From Octopus vulgaris (Eukaryota), in the NCBI GenBank assembly GCA_951406725.2, contig OX597827.1:61938001-62002000 (forward strand): 64,000 nucleotides of DNA, written 5' to 3'. The translations under genes were made by a program, and so were the position numbers. Below, piece by piece: positions 11,721-24,961 of this stretch; position 1 is the stretch's first letter, and each line of letters starts with the position of its first letter. Below the pieces are notes generated by a model. It worked only from the letters and a program-made list of their open reading frames with translations, had not been told where the DNA came from and searched no databases.

Positions 11721-12230
11721 AGTGAGAAAGCAGTGCATGTCATCAAAGTGACACTGGGGTAAAATATACGAAGCTCAGTATACCCATCATGACTACCCGT
11801 CTGATAGGGGTACACCAGGCACATGCATCACAACCATATGTACGCGACATGGTGATCTCATATCAAGATAAACAGCACATGACCTTGCAGGTGGGGCCCA
11901 GTTAGAAATTTCTTCTGGTCGAGTAACCCATCCCACTCAAAAGGTCCCTGAATATGGATTGTTTAAGGATGTTGAACGAACCACCCATGTTTCCGAAGGT
12001 GAATTATCCAAACCTCTAAGAATTCCTTTCAACACACGGCTATGATGCTCCCCCTCTACTTCTGCTCATGATCAGAGATGCACATATCGTCAGCCACTAA
12101 GGGACATGCTCAACTGGTTATGGTCAAACAACTGAGAAGCAAATCTGTGGTATTGAGCAGAATATTTGCTGTAGCCCATCTTTTATACCAAGACGAAACA
12201 ATGTACATGATAACACTTCCAATCAGTTAA
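11718..12230 (+). mobile_element. (ATT/AAT)n-associated non-autonomous repeat (family D)
   Basis: Highly similar to 21484-21959, 43200-43375 and 53022-53420. Each intact end abuts (ATT)n. Confidence 0.8.
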
Positions 12231-12296
12231 GTTATTATCATCACTATTATACGTTGTAGTATCGAACCAGGAACCCGGTAGTTGTGAAGTGAACGT

Positions 12297-12493
<197 letters not shown>

Positions 12494-12619
12494 ACCTATC
12501 CACTATCAGTCACCCATGATACCTTTTCTATTTTTTTTATATCAGGAAAAATATAATAAAAAAAAACAATAACAACTAACAAACAATATAAGAATACACG
12601 AACAAAATAGTTTTGTCTT

Positions 12620-12830
12620 GTGATCTATGTGTATGTGTGTGTGTATATGTATGTGTGTGTGAGTGTGTTTCAGTGTTTACGTGTGTATGCCTACGTACAT
12701 ATGTTATGTTATATACGAGTATGTGCGTGTATGGATGCATGCACGTGTCTAATGTATGTGAGTGTATTTCTTTGCATATGTGCCTGTATGTGTGCGTGTG
12801 CGTATGTGTGTGTGTTTGTGTGTGTAAATT

Positions 12831-12861
<31 letters not shown>

Positions 12862-12994
12862 CGTATATATATATATATATATGTATATGTGTGCGTGCGT
12901 GGATGTGTGTATGTATATACATAAATGCAGTCACACATTCACACAACCACCAACATACGCATGCACACACATACGCACACACACATGCAGATGC

Positions 12995-13052
<58 letters not shown>

Positions 13053-13365
13053 CAAGATGCAGATAAGGTAAAAGAACAAGGGATGTAATTGTATACATGT
13101 TCGTGCCTCTGTAACTGAGTGCTTGTGTGTGTATGCGTGGGTGTATACATACACACACACACATAAATACATATAAGCATACATACATAAACACACACAC
13201 ACACATACATACATACATACATACATAGGCACACATATCTGTGTGTGTGTATGTGTGTGTATATATGAGTTTGTTAGCGCGTATCAATTAGTCGAAGTGT
13301 ATAATGGCTTGCTGTATGTATTTATGTGTATATATGAGGATATATTTGTATGTGTGTATGTAAAA

Positions 13366-13442
<77 letters not shown>

Positions 13443-13714
13443 TGTATGTATATATGTATATATGTATATATATATATAGATGTATGTATATATATATAGA
13501 TGTATATATGTATGTATATATATATATATATATATCAGTTTGTGATACTCTCTTTCTCTTTCCCCCTCTCTCCCTATGTGAGTGTGTGTGTGTGTGTATG
13601 TCAGTGTGTGTGTGTGAGTGTATGCTAGTGTGTATGTGTGCGTGCGTGTGTATGTGTGTATGTGTGCGTGTATGTGTCTATGTATGTATTTTTGTATATT
13701 TGTATATTTATGCG

Positions 13715-13745
<31 letters not shown>

Positions 13746-13960
13746 TGTATGTGTGCGCGTGTGTGTATGTGTGCGTGTGTGTATGTGTGCGTGTGTGTGT
13801 AAGCGTGGGTACGTGTGTGTGTCTATGTATGTATTTTTATTTACTTGTATATTTGTGCGGTGTGCGTTTGTGTGTGTGTGTGTGTATGTGTATGTGCGTA
13901 TGTATGTGCGTATGTATGTGACTATGTGTGTATGTATGTGTGTGTGTGTGTGTGTGCTTC
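12620..13960. repeat. degenerate (TG/CA/TA)n microsatellite field
   Basis: Almost entirely alternating purine-pyrimidine dinucleotides. Confidence 0.9.
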
Positions 13961-14200
13961 TGCTCGTATTAAAGTCCTCGTTGTTTTTGTTGTTACTTTT
14001 CCTTATTGCTGTCGTCGTCGCCATCTTTGTTGTTGTTTTTATTGTTGTTGTTTTTATTGTTGCACTTTTTTTTTCCTTCTTGCATCAAATCACTAGCGTG
14101 ATTGCGAGTTGCGTGATTCTGTTTATGGCTTCTAATAGATTTGCTGGGGAACAAGAGAGCTGACACTAAACGGTATCGAGCAGGCTCTGATTACACCCCC

Positions 14201-14267
<67 letters not shown>

Positions 14268-14465
14268 ACGCAGAGAGGCGCGTGTATACTCGGGTTTATT
14301 GATAGTGAATCCGAACTTTCGATGGCAGGGGTTTGTTCAAACTTTGAACTTACTATTAATAACATTAGAGTAAGTATTACATTCAACAAATGTATTGAGT
14401 ACTTTAGTCACCCTATGTTTGAACGTACTTCGTTTTCTGCATTTAAAAACACTTCATGAAAACTC

Positions 14466-14511
<46 letters not shown>

Positions 14512-14573
14512 TGTGTGTGTATAAATATGTATTTATATATATATATACGTGTATGTTTATTTATATATTTACA

Positions 14574-15129
14574 GGCGCAGGAGTGGCTGTGTGGTAAGTA
14601 GCTTACCACACAGTAATCTACTCGCAATACCAGAGGGCGCACACTCTCCTACCCTGATGTAATCTCCAGGGGTACAGGCATCCAGCAACAGGACCTCCGT
14701 AATGCCATGATGGACCGTGAAGTCTGGCGTAGCATGGTAAATTCCGTTGTCTCGACCACGGTCGAACAATGATGATGATGAAGTAGCTTCATTGGCACCT
14801 TGGGCAAGTGTCTTCTACTATAGCCTTGGGCCAACCAAAGCCTTGTGAGTGGATTTGGTAGAAGGAAACTGAAAGAAGCCCGTCGGATATATGTATATAT
14901 GTATGTGTGTACATGTTTGTATGTCTGTGTTTGTCCCCACCCCAACATCGCTTGACAACCGATGCTGTTGTGTTTACGTCCCCGTAACTTAGCGGTTCGG
15001 CAAAAGAGACCGATAGGATAAATACTAGGCTTACAAAAGAATAAGTCCCGGTGTTGATTTGCTCGACTAAAGGCGGTGCTCCAGCATGGCCTCAGTCAAA
15101 TGACTGAAACAAGTAATAGAATAATAGAA
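14574..15129 (+). mobile_element. SINE family B, full span, interrupted by a LINE fragment
   Basis: Head GGCGCAGGAGTGGCTGTGTGGTAAG, CORE-like ACCTTGGGCAAGTGTC, tail GGCGGTGCTCCAGCATGGCC..TGACTGAAACAAG. Confidence 0.9.
14614..14780 (+). mobile_element. RTE-like LINE extreme 3' fragment with (TGA)n tail
   Basis: STRNTRGRTLSYPDVISRGTGIQQQDLRNAMMDREVWRSMV..EQ* then (TGA)4. TSD AAGTAGCTT at 14596-14604 and 14781-14789. Confidence 0.8.
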
Positions 15130-15282
15130 AATACATATATGTATGTATGTATATATTTATGTATGTATGTATGTATGTATGTATGTATGTATGTATGTAT
15201 GTATGTATATATATATATATATATATATAAAAAGTATAAACATACCTGGTATATATATTTACATATGTATATATGCATATGT

Positions 15283-15343
<61 letters not shown>

Positions 15344-15472
15344 AGTTAGAAAATGGCAGTAACTTCGGTTCCTACGAGACATCCATGTTTAAGTGCAATA
15401 AACATTACTTCATATAAATATAATTTTATAACGGTATTTGAATATATGTATGCATGTGTGTGTATATATATG

Positions 15473-15510
<38 letters not shown>

Positions 15511-16212
15511 CATATATTATTTAATAAACACAACATATGCTTTTATGTGCTATTAGTTTCATGTGATTAGAGCATGCCAGACAGTATTTCTAACACGTCT
15601 GGTGTCTCACCACAGTCTTCAGGCATTGCTCACATAGCATAACACATTAAAAATGGGACGATAGGATAATAGAAAAAGTGATAAAAGGTTAGAGAGAAGT
15701 AGATTTAAAAGGTGGAAGGTCTTTCGCTTTCCGGGTATCAACGTTACACATTGTATATCTGTTTCTTTCTCGCCTTTTCTTGTTTTTTTCTCTCATTTAC
15801 CATATGTAAATAGATCAAAGAGATGTTATGTTACCAACATGGAACAACTCATCATATTAGCAGGAAATTATAACATTACCACTAACCACTTTGTCATGAA
15901 TAGTATAAGCGAAACCGGTCAAGTACGTAAATATTTTATTTCATAAATATATTTTTCCAACATAAAGCTTATGTGCACTTTTATATATTCTTTTATCTTT
16001 TACTTGTTTTACTTATTGGTCTGTTGGTCATGCTGGGGCACCACTCCGAAGGGTTTACTCAAACGAATCGACCCTAGTATTTTTTTGTCTAGTATCTATT
16101 CCCTCATTCCTTTTGTCAAGCCGCCGAGTTACAAGGGCGTAAACAAATCAACACCGGTTTTGAAGCAATGGTGGGGAAAAACACAAACACAAAGATATAC
16201 ACACGTGCACAT

Positions 16213-16288
<76 letters not shown>

Positions 16289-16289
16289 T

Positions 16290-16340
16290 AAGGGTGAGAG
16301 AATTAGATACTAATTTAATAGTATATTTATTCACACCAAG

Positions 16341-16372
<32 letters not shown>

Positions 16373-16381
16373 ATATATATA

Positions 16382-16419
<38 letters not shown>

Positions 16420-16812
16420 GACATTTTTAATGTCATTAATAAAACAATTTCCCAAAACTATTTTGTTATTTTTTTCAATAATAAAACTCTGAGCGAGATT
16501 ATTGCTTGTTTACACTTTTTCGAGATCAGTGACTTTTCGTCACTGGAAAAAGGATATTTATTTGCACCGGAAACCAGTTTTCATCGACAACCGGTGATTG
16601 TCACATGCTGATGACAGGTCAATACTCAGAAACTCGAGTCCGTGTGCATCATGTCAGGTTGGAGATGGGAAAGATGGCTTCCCTTTGCAAATACTGATAG
16701 GGAACAGAAAGTGTGTCAATAACCAGCTGGAGGAGGTGTCCTCATGGGGCTACAAGCTAGAGTAGCAGCCACCCTTAAGGGTTAGCCACATTTAAGTGGC
16801 AAATATACTTCA

Positions 16813-16815
<3 letters not shown>
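16290..16815 (+). mobile_element. probable Penelope-type terminal-repeat element with hammerhead-like motif
   Basis: Bounded by (TA)n on both sides; contains CTGATGA..GAAACTCGAGTC at 16602-16646. Confidence 0.5.
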
Positions 16816-16867
<52 letters not shown>

Positions 16868-17671
16868 CCTGCTCGCTTAGCCAGCGGGGTGGCGTCATTT
16901 GAAGGCTAAAACAATGCGAAGCGCATTGTGACCAGCGATGTGTAGCAACATCTGATAGCCTGGTCGGTCACGGTGATCACGGTGATTATATATATATATA
17001 TATATATACATACATACGACGGGCTTCTACATAGTTTCCTTCTACCAAATTTACTCATAAAGCGTTGGTGTTATAGCAGAAGATTTATTTTCGAATCCCG
17101 TGAGTGGATCTGGTTGACAGAAACTGAAAGAAGCCTGTCGTGTGGATGTGTGTGTGTGTGTGAGAGAGAGAGAGTGAGAGAGAGTGTGTGTGCGTGTGAA
17201 TGGGAAAATGGCCGAGAAAGCGCAGTGACATTAAAACAATTGCTGTAATCATTTTAGACAAATCAAAAGAGCTACAAAATCAAAAGGACTACAAAAAGCG
17301 TAATTCTGCCGCAGCTTTGAATCCTGGTAATGGAAATGCCATTGATTTTTCTAGAAATTAATGACAAAAATGTTACAAGTGTTTGAAATGATATAATTTT
17401 TAGATAGCCGATAGCCTCTCTTGCCAGGCCTATCGGAAGTCGTGACTGTTTGTCCCCTTGAGAACAGCATACACGAAATTTTTACGTGATTTTTTGACCT
17501 ATAATTATTATTGATTTTTATTTAAAAAAAAAATTAATACGATTTTCGTCATAAGCATGCAAAACTAGATCAGAGCTACATTTTTTGAAAATGGGAAGAA
17601 ATTTAACAAGACCCAAATAAATATAGTATTCCATTTAGGTATATTAGATCGCCTCATTCATTCACATGGCT

Positions 17672-17797
<126 letters not shown>

Positions 17798-17950
17798 ATG
17801 TATGTCTGTCTCTCTGTCTGTCTGTCTGTATGTATGTATGTCTATTTGTCTGTCTGTCTGTCTCTCTATCTGTCTACCTGTATGTCTACCTATCTATCTC
17901 TCTCTATATGTGTCTGTCTGTCTGTGTCTATTTATTTATGTCTTTCTGTT

Positions 17951-17988
<38 letters not shown>

Positions 17989-18172
17989 TATGTATATATG
18001 TATACATATACATACATACACACATTCACAGAAAAACACGTACACATACACATATACACACATTCACACATACATGCACACGCATACACTGTATATATGT
18101 GTAGGAGAATATAGAGATAGAAAGATAAAGATAGATAGATAATTAGATAGATAGATAGATAGATATAGAGAT

Positions 18173-18204
<32 letters not shown>

Positions 18205-18544
18205 TGATAGAAAGGAAAGTAATTTTGAAAGTTTTGATAGATATTGACGAGTATTGGTCGATTGCAAAGACAAAAGGATTGCTTCTCCGGCATCATAGAT
18301 CAATATAACAGATGTAGAATTCAGAAGTAGCAGTTCTTGTCAACATGTATTTGTCTGTATGGCTTTTCTCAGAATTTCTTTAGCTCAATTCGAAACGAAA
18401 GATGAGCCGCCAATGGTTAAGTGAGAGAGGCGTCGGCCATTTTGACTGAAATATCGTCAAGTCAGTCACTGGCGTTTTAAGATTAATCTAATCTCGTACA
18501 TCAAACTTATCGGTTGCAGCGAGGGAACAAGAAGGAATTTTAAG

Positions 18545-18872
18545 GAGAAGGGGGTGGGGAAGAAGGAGGAGGATGAGGAGAAGAAAGAGGGGGAGTAGAA
18601 TGAGGGGAAGAAGAAGGAGGAGAAAAAGGGAGAGAAGAAGGAGGAGAAGAAAAAGGAGAAATAGAAGGATGAGGAGGAGAAAGAGAAGACGGATGAAGAG
18701 AAAACTGAGAAGAAAAACAAGAACTAGAAGAATGAGGAGAAGAAAGAGAAGGAGGAGAAGAAGAACAAGAACGAGGAGAAGAAAAAGAAGAAAGAGAAGG
18801 ATGAGCAGATGAAGGAGGGGGAATAGATAAAGGAGGGGTGGAGAAGAAGAAAGAGAAGAAGAAGAATAAGAA

Positions 18873-18903
<31 letters not shown>

Positions 18904-19110
18904 AAGAAGAAGATGAAGAAGGAGAAGAAGAAGAAGAAGAAGAAGGATGAGGAGAAAAATGAGAAGAAAAACAAGAACTAGGAGAAGAACGATGAGGAGA
19001 AGAAAAAAGAAGGAAAGAAGGCGGAGAAGAAAAAAAAAGAAGAAAAAGAAGGAAAGTAGGAGAAGAAGAAAGAGGAGAAGAAGAATGAGGATGTAGCAGA
19101 GATGGAGATG
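18545..19110. repeat. degenerate (GAA/GAG)n polypurine tract
   Basis: About 560 bp, nearly all purine on the + strand. Confidence 0.9.
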
Positions 19111-19489
19111 GCGAGTGAATATTTTTGGTACATCATCGAAGCATCTCCTGCTTCGCTAAACTGTGATTGACAGCAGCACTAAGTCGAAAAGAAGAGAAAC
19201 GGAGAGGAAGAAGAAGGAGAGAGGTTTGTTTTATTGAGAAAGAATGGCACTGAGCTTTTGTTTCATTTAGCTGGCAACAACATCCTCTTCCTCCTCGTCA
19301 TCATCGGTTTTGTCGTTGTCATTATCATTGTTGTTGTCATCATCCTCAGTAGTACTTGTAGTAGTGGTGGTGGTGGTGGTGGTGGTAGTAGCAACAGCAA
19401 TAGTAGCAGCGGCAGAGATTGACGAGGTATGTCAGAACAGAAAGGAAAATGTTCCATCCATCTTGCAGCTGAGCCTGTATAGTACAAGT

Positions 19490-19865
19490 AGGGAGAGAGA
19501 GGGGAGAGAAGATGAGAGAGAGGGGGAGAGAGGGAACGGAGAGAGAGGGAACGGAGAGAGGAAGAGAGAGTGAGAGAGAGGGAGGGAGGGGAGAGAGAGG
19601 GAACGGAGAGAGGAAGAGAGAGGGAGAGAGAGGGAGGGAGGGGAGAGAGGAAGAAGAGGGAGAGAGGAAAAAAGAGTGAGAGTGAGAGAGAGAGGGAGGG
19701 GAGAGAGGAAAAGAGAGAGAGAGGGAGGGGAGAGAAGAAAAGAGAGAGAGGGAGGGGAGAGAGGAAGAAAGAGAGAGGGAGAAAGAGGAGGGGAGAGAGG
19801 GAGGGAAGAGAGGAAGGGAGAGAGAGAGAAGGAGAGAGAGGGAGAGAGGGAGAGAGAGAGAGAAA
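19490..19865. repeat. (GA)n/(GGGA)n polypurine tract
   Basis: About 375 bp, nearly all purine on the + strand. Confidence 0.9.
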
Positions 19866-19917
19866 ATGTTAATGGGGGTCAGAGATAAATGGACTTTTAG
19901 ATAAGCAGCTGAAACAT

Positions 19918-20132
19918 TGATTTCAAATTTTGGCGCGAGTCCAGCAAATTTGTGGGTAGGGGATTAGTCGATGACATTGACCCCCAGTACTCAACTGGTA
20001 CTTATTTTATCGACCTAGAAAGGACGAAAGGCAAAGTCGGCGTCGGCGGAATCTGAACTCAGAAAGTAAAGATGGATTAAATGCCGCTAAGCGTGTCGCC
20101 CGGCGTACTAACGATTGTCAGCTCACTGCCTT
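19918..20132 (-). mobile_element. SINE family A monomer (tail type 2)
   Basis: TTTCAAATTTTGGC..CTGGTACTTATTTTATCGAC..GAAAGGCAAAGTCG..GAACTCAGAA. Confidence 0.8.
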
Positions 20133-20159
20133 TAAACCACAGAAATCTTGTCATTCCAT

Positions 20160-21100
20160 TTATCGTACAACAGATGTTAGCGATAACTGAGCGAAGACGT
20201 TGATTTTTGGAACAAGTCTATTTCTCCAGTACATTTCTCTATCACGTCTGTAAAAGGGTAAAGACCCCCTTCGGTCATGAATGACCATGGGATTGCACCT
20301 AGAAAGTTACCTTCCCAGACACAAGTCCGGGCAAGGTTGTTTATGGAAGACCAGCAGTCGCCCATGCATACCAGCCTCCCCTCTCCACGCCACCAGTGTT
20401 ATCCAAGGGAAAGGCAAAGGGGCCGATACAGCTTGGCACCAGTGACATCGCAACTCATTTCTACAGCTGAGTGAACTGGAGCAACGTGAAATAAAGTGCC
20501 TTGCTCAAGAACACAACACGCAGCCCGGTCCGGGATTCGAGCTCACGATCGTAAGCTCGACGCTCTAACCACTGAACCATGCGCCTTCACACGTCTGTAA
20601 GAGCTAATATATCGTACAGTGGATGTTAGCGATAACTGAGCGAAGACGTTTTGTAACAAATCGATATCTCTAGTACATTTCTCTATTACTTCCGTAAAAT
20701 TTAATGTAACGTACAACAAATGTTAGCGATAACTGAGCGAAGAGGTAGTGTTTTGGAACAGGTCTATATCTCCAGTACATTTCTCTATCAGATCTGTAAA
20801 AGCTAATATATCGTACAGTGGATGTTAGCGATAACTGAGCGAAGAGGTAGTGTTTTGGAACAAGTCTATATCTCCAGTACATTTCTCTATTACTTCCGTA
20901 AAGTTTAATGTAACGTACAACAGATGTTAGCGATAACTGAGCGAAGAAGTAGTGTTTTGGAACAAGTCTATATCTCCAGTACATTTCTCTATCAGATCTG
21001 TAAAAGCTAAAATATCGTACAACAGATGTTAGCGATAACTGAGCGAAGACGTTATGTTTTGAAACAACCGATAGCTCCGCTTCATTTCCCTGTCACTTCA
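20160..21100. repeat. ~102-bp tandem repeat, about 6 units, with alternating A/B variants
   Basis: ATGTTAGCGATAACTGAGCGAAGA recurs at about 20174, 20623, 20720, 20822, 20924 and 21027. The first unit is split by a SINE. Confidence 0.9.
20254..20589 (-). mobile_element. full-length tRNA-derived SINE family E (V-domain-like) with TSD
   Basis: Head GAAGGCGCATGGTTCAGTGGTTAGAGCG..TCGAATCCCG; GTGTTCTTGAGCAAGGCACTT. TSD CACGTCTGTAA at 20243-20253 and 20590-20600. Confidence 0.92.
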
Positions 21101-21224
21101 TAAGAGCTACTAACACATGCTAAACTTTACAAATATAACACATCTGACCGATATGCGAAGTTAAAAGGCCAGAGGCTGCATTTTCGTCCGGGAAGAATCC
21201 CTTAGAAGTATTGTTTTAAAAAGC

Positions 21225-21380
21225 ACACAGCGTGGCTGTGAGGTAAGACATTTGCTTCCCAACCTCATGGTTCCGGGTTCAGTCCCACTGCATGGCACAT
21301 TGAGCAAGTTCTTCTAAGCCTAGGGCCAACGAAAGCCTTGTGAGTAAATTTGGTAGACGGAAACTGAAAGAAGCCCATCA
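21225..21380 (+). mobile_element. SINE family B 5' part
   Basis: GTGGCTGTG..GGTTCCGGGTTCAGTCCCACTGC..GAAACTGAAAGAAGCCC then (TA)n. Confidence 0.8.
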
Positions 21381-21483
21381 TATATATATATATATATGTA
21401 TGTACCAAATTCAATAGCTAGGTTTTGGTACTTTGCTATTTTTTCAATATTTCTCGTTTAAATTTTTTCATTATTTGGGACTG

Positions 21484-21959
21484 TCTTGGTATAAAAGATG
21501 GTCTACAGCAAATATTCTGCTCAATACTACAGATTTGCTTCTCAGTTGTTTGACCATAACCAGTTGAGCATGTCCCTTAGTGGATGATGATATGTGCATC
21601 TCTGATCATGAGCAGAAGTAGTGGGGGAGCATCATAGCCATGTGTTGAGAGGGATTCTTTGGGGTTTGAATAATTCACCTTTGGAAACATGGGTGTTTCG
21701 TTCAGCATCCTTAAACAATCCTTATTCAGGGACCTTTTGAGCGGGATGGGTTACTCGACCAGAAGAAAAAATTCTAACTGGGTCTCACCTGTAAGGTCAT
21801 GCGCTGTTAATCTTGATAAGAAATCACCATGTCGCGCATATATGGCTGTGATGCATGTGCCTAGTATACCCTTATCAGACGGGCAGTCATGATGGGTATA
21901 CTGGGCTTCGTATATTTTACCCCAGTGTCACTTTGATGGCAGGCACCGCTCTCTCACTC
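21484..21959 (-). mobile_element. family D (AAT)n-associated repeat
   Basis: Reverse complement of 11718-12195; ends CTCTCACTC|AATAATAAT. Confidence 0.8.
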
Positions 21960-22058
<99 letters not shown>

Positions 22059-22065
22059 AATAATA

Positions 22066-22586
<521 letters not shown>

Positions 22587-22665
22587 AAATGACGATGATA
22601 ATAATAATAATAGTAATAGTAATAATAATAATAATAATGATGATGATAATGATGATGATGATGAC

Positions 22666-22714
<49 letters not shown>

Positions 22715-23212
22715 GTGATGATAATATAATCGAAAAACTGCGACTGGGTGGTCATGAGTGGAGGGTGGAGTGTAATCTCTCACGCGAATAGATTCAGAAT
22801 TGATTACCTTGCAAGACTCCAAATGAATACGTACGAATTTAGGAATGAAAGAATTATTAACGAACGAACAAACGGAAACTGGATAAATAAATATTTATTC
22901 GAACGAATGTTCGAATGAAGGAATGCGTAAATGAATTTGAAGAAATATGCAAGAAAAAGAAAAAAAACACGATTGAATGAATGAACGAACGAGGGAATGA
23001 GCTAAGTAACCTTATGATTAAGCGATAATTGGATTATACAGTAAATGAAAATATGAACGAATGGGCGATTAAATAATTGAATTAGTAACGAGCAAAGAAT
23101 GATGTGTGAAGGAATATATGAATGCATGGACGAAAGACTAAATGAGGGAAGAAATGATGGGAATGATAATGGAATTTAAAGATGGCTGACTAGACGTTTC
23201 GTTAAATACTAG

Positions 23213-23262
<50 letters not shown>

Positions 23263-23507
23263 AACACACGTATATATATGTATATTGTGTATATGTATAT
23301 ATACATATATACATATACACACACACATATATATATATATATGTATATATGTGTGTGTATATATATATATATATGTATATATATACATACACACTCACAC
23401 ACACACACACACATATATATACACACGAATATATATACATATGCATACATACATACACACAAGTTGTGAATGTATTGACCAACGAGTTTGTGGTTCACGT
23501 CTGTCCG

Positions 23508-23788
<281 letters not shown>

Positions 23789-24131
23789 TGTATACTCTGT
23801 TGTACACATAGATTATCTTGTGTGTACAGTTAAATGTACGACTGTCACTGTTTGGGAACACATAATATAAACTTGTGTTTATCTCAATTTCTTACAATCA
23901 TGTGCGTGCGTATGCGTGTGTATTTATATATAAGCAAAATTGCTAGTTGTAAAATCTCAGTAAGAGATGAGAATAGTAACTATACTTAAAAGTAATGTTG
24001 ATCTCCACATCAACATGGCTGTTCAATGTTACTACTGTTTTTTTAACTCCAGGCAAATCGTCCGCCATCCGGTTATAGGTGCACGCTGCACCATGTATAT
24101 ATTGCATGCAGGGGAGCGAACCTCTACAACC

Positions 24132-24216
24132 CTCTAGCAGACGACGGAATCGCGAGACCGACTCAGTTTCGAGCTAGTTTTTCTCATCATCAGTCCCGAA
24201 CACCCAGTCGCTAGAG
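24132..24216 (-). ncRNA. type I hammerhead ribozyme candidate
   Basis: Minus strand: CTCTAGCGAC-tgggtgt-TCGGGA-CTGATGA-t-GAG-aaaaactag-CTC-GAA-ACTG-agt-CGGT-C^-TCGCGA-ttccgtc-GTCTGCTAGAG. All core nucleotides are present with a GUC site, and stems I-III pair. Confidence 0.75.
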
Positions 24217-24434
24217 AGATGGCCAGAGCCCGCCCCAGCAAGCAATATATAGAAAACAAAGCGACCATTGACCACTTATTCGGGAAGGAACTTTAATTTT
24301 TACTACTATACATCTTATAAGCTGACCTGCCAACTGTTGTTATTTCAGATTGAAGGGGACAGATGTAACAGCGCTTTGAACACGCTGACTAGTTTGTAGA
24401 ATGCAGTCAGGACGTTTGGAAAATTGTAATACTC

Positions 24435-24602
24435 ATTTACTTGTTTCAGTCATTTGACTGTGGACATGCTGGAGCACTGCCTTTAGTCGAGCAAATCAAC
24501 CCCAGGACTTATTCTTTGTAAGCCTAGTACCTAATCTATCGGTCCCTTTTGCCAAACCGCTAAGTTACGGGGACGTAAACACACCAGCATCGGTTGTCAA
24601 GC
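24435..24602 (-). mobile_element. SINE family B 3' part
   Basis: TACTTGTTTCAGTCATTTGACTG..GCTGGAGCAC..CGGTTGTCAAGCG. Confidence 0.85.
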
Positions 24603-24961
24603 GTGCGAAGATATGGATTCCGAGTATCAAACTATATTTCACACAAACATGCAATAGCTTTCGAAAGGTAACTTACTTATATGGTTTTATGAATTAAGAG
24701 GAAAGGACCAACATTCCTAGATTCTCTTCAGAAAACAAATCGCATTGAAACCTGTTTTCTGTAGAGAATTTTTGCTCTTTCTAAGTCTAAGTTCACTTAA
24801 AAAAAAAATAGAAAAAAGGCGGAAATGAAAAAAAAAATGATTTTATTCAGAACTTGATTTGAATTAAAACGTCTAAACTTGACTAGAATTACGCTGTCAT
24901 TAATAATTGCTTTACTTTCAATATAATATAATATAATATAATATAATATAATATATGATTA

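Noticed and set aside
20670-20984. 104-aa ORF with 34-aa repeats
   Set aside because: It follows from the 102-bp unit length. The frame breaks in neighbouring units and shows no known motif.
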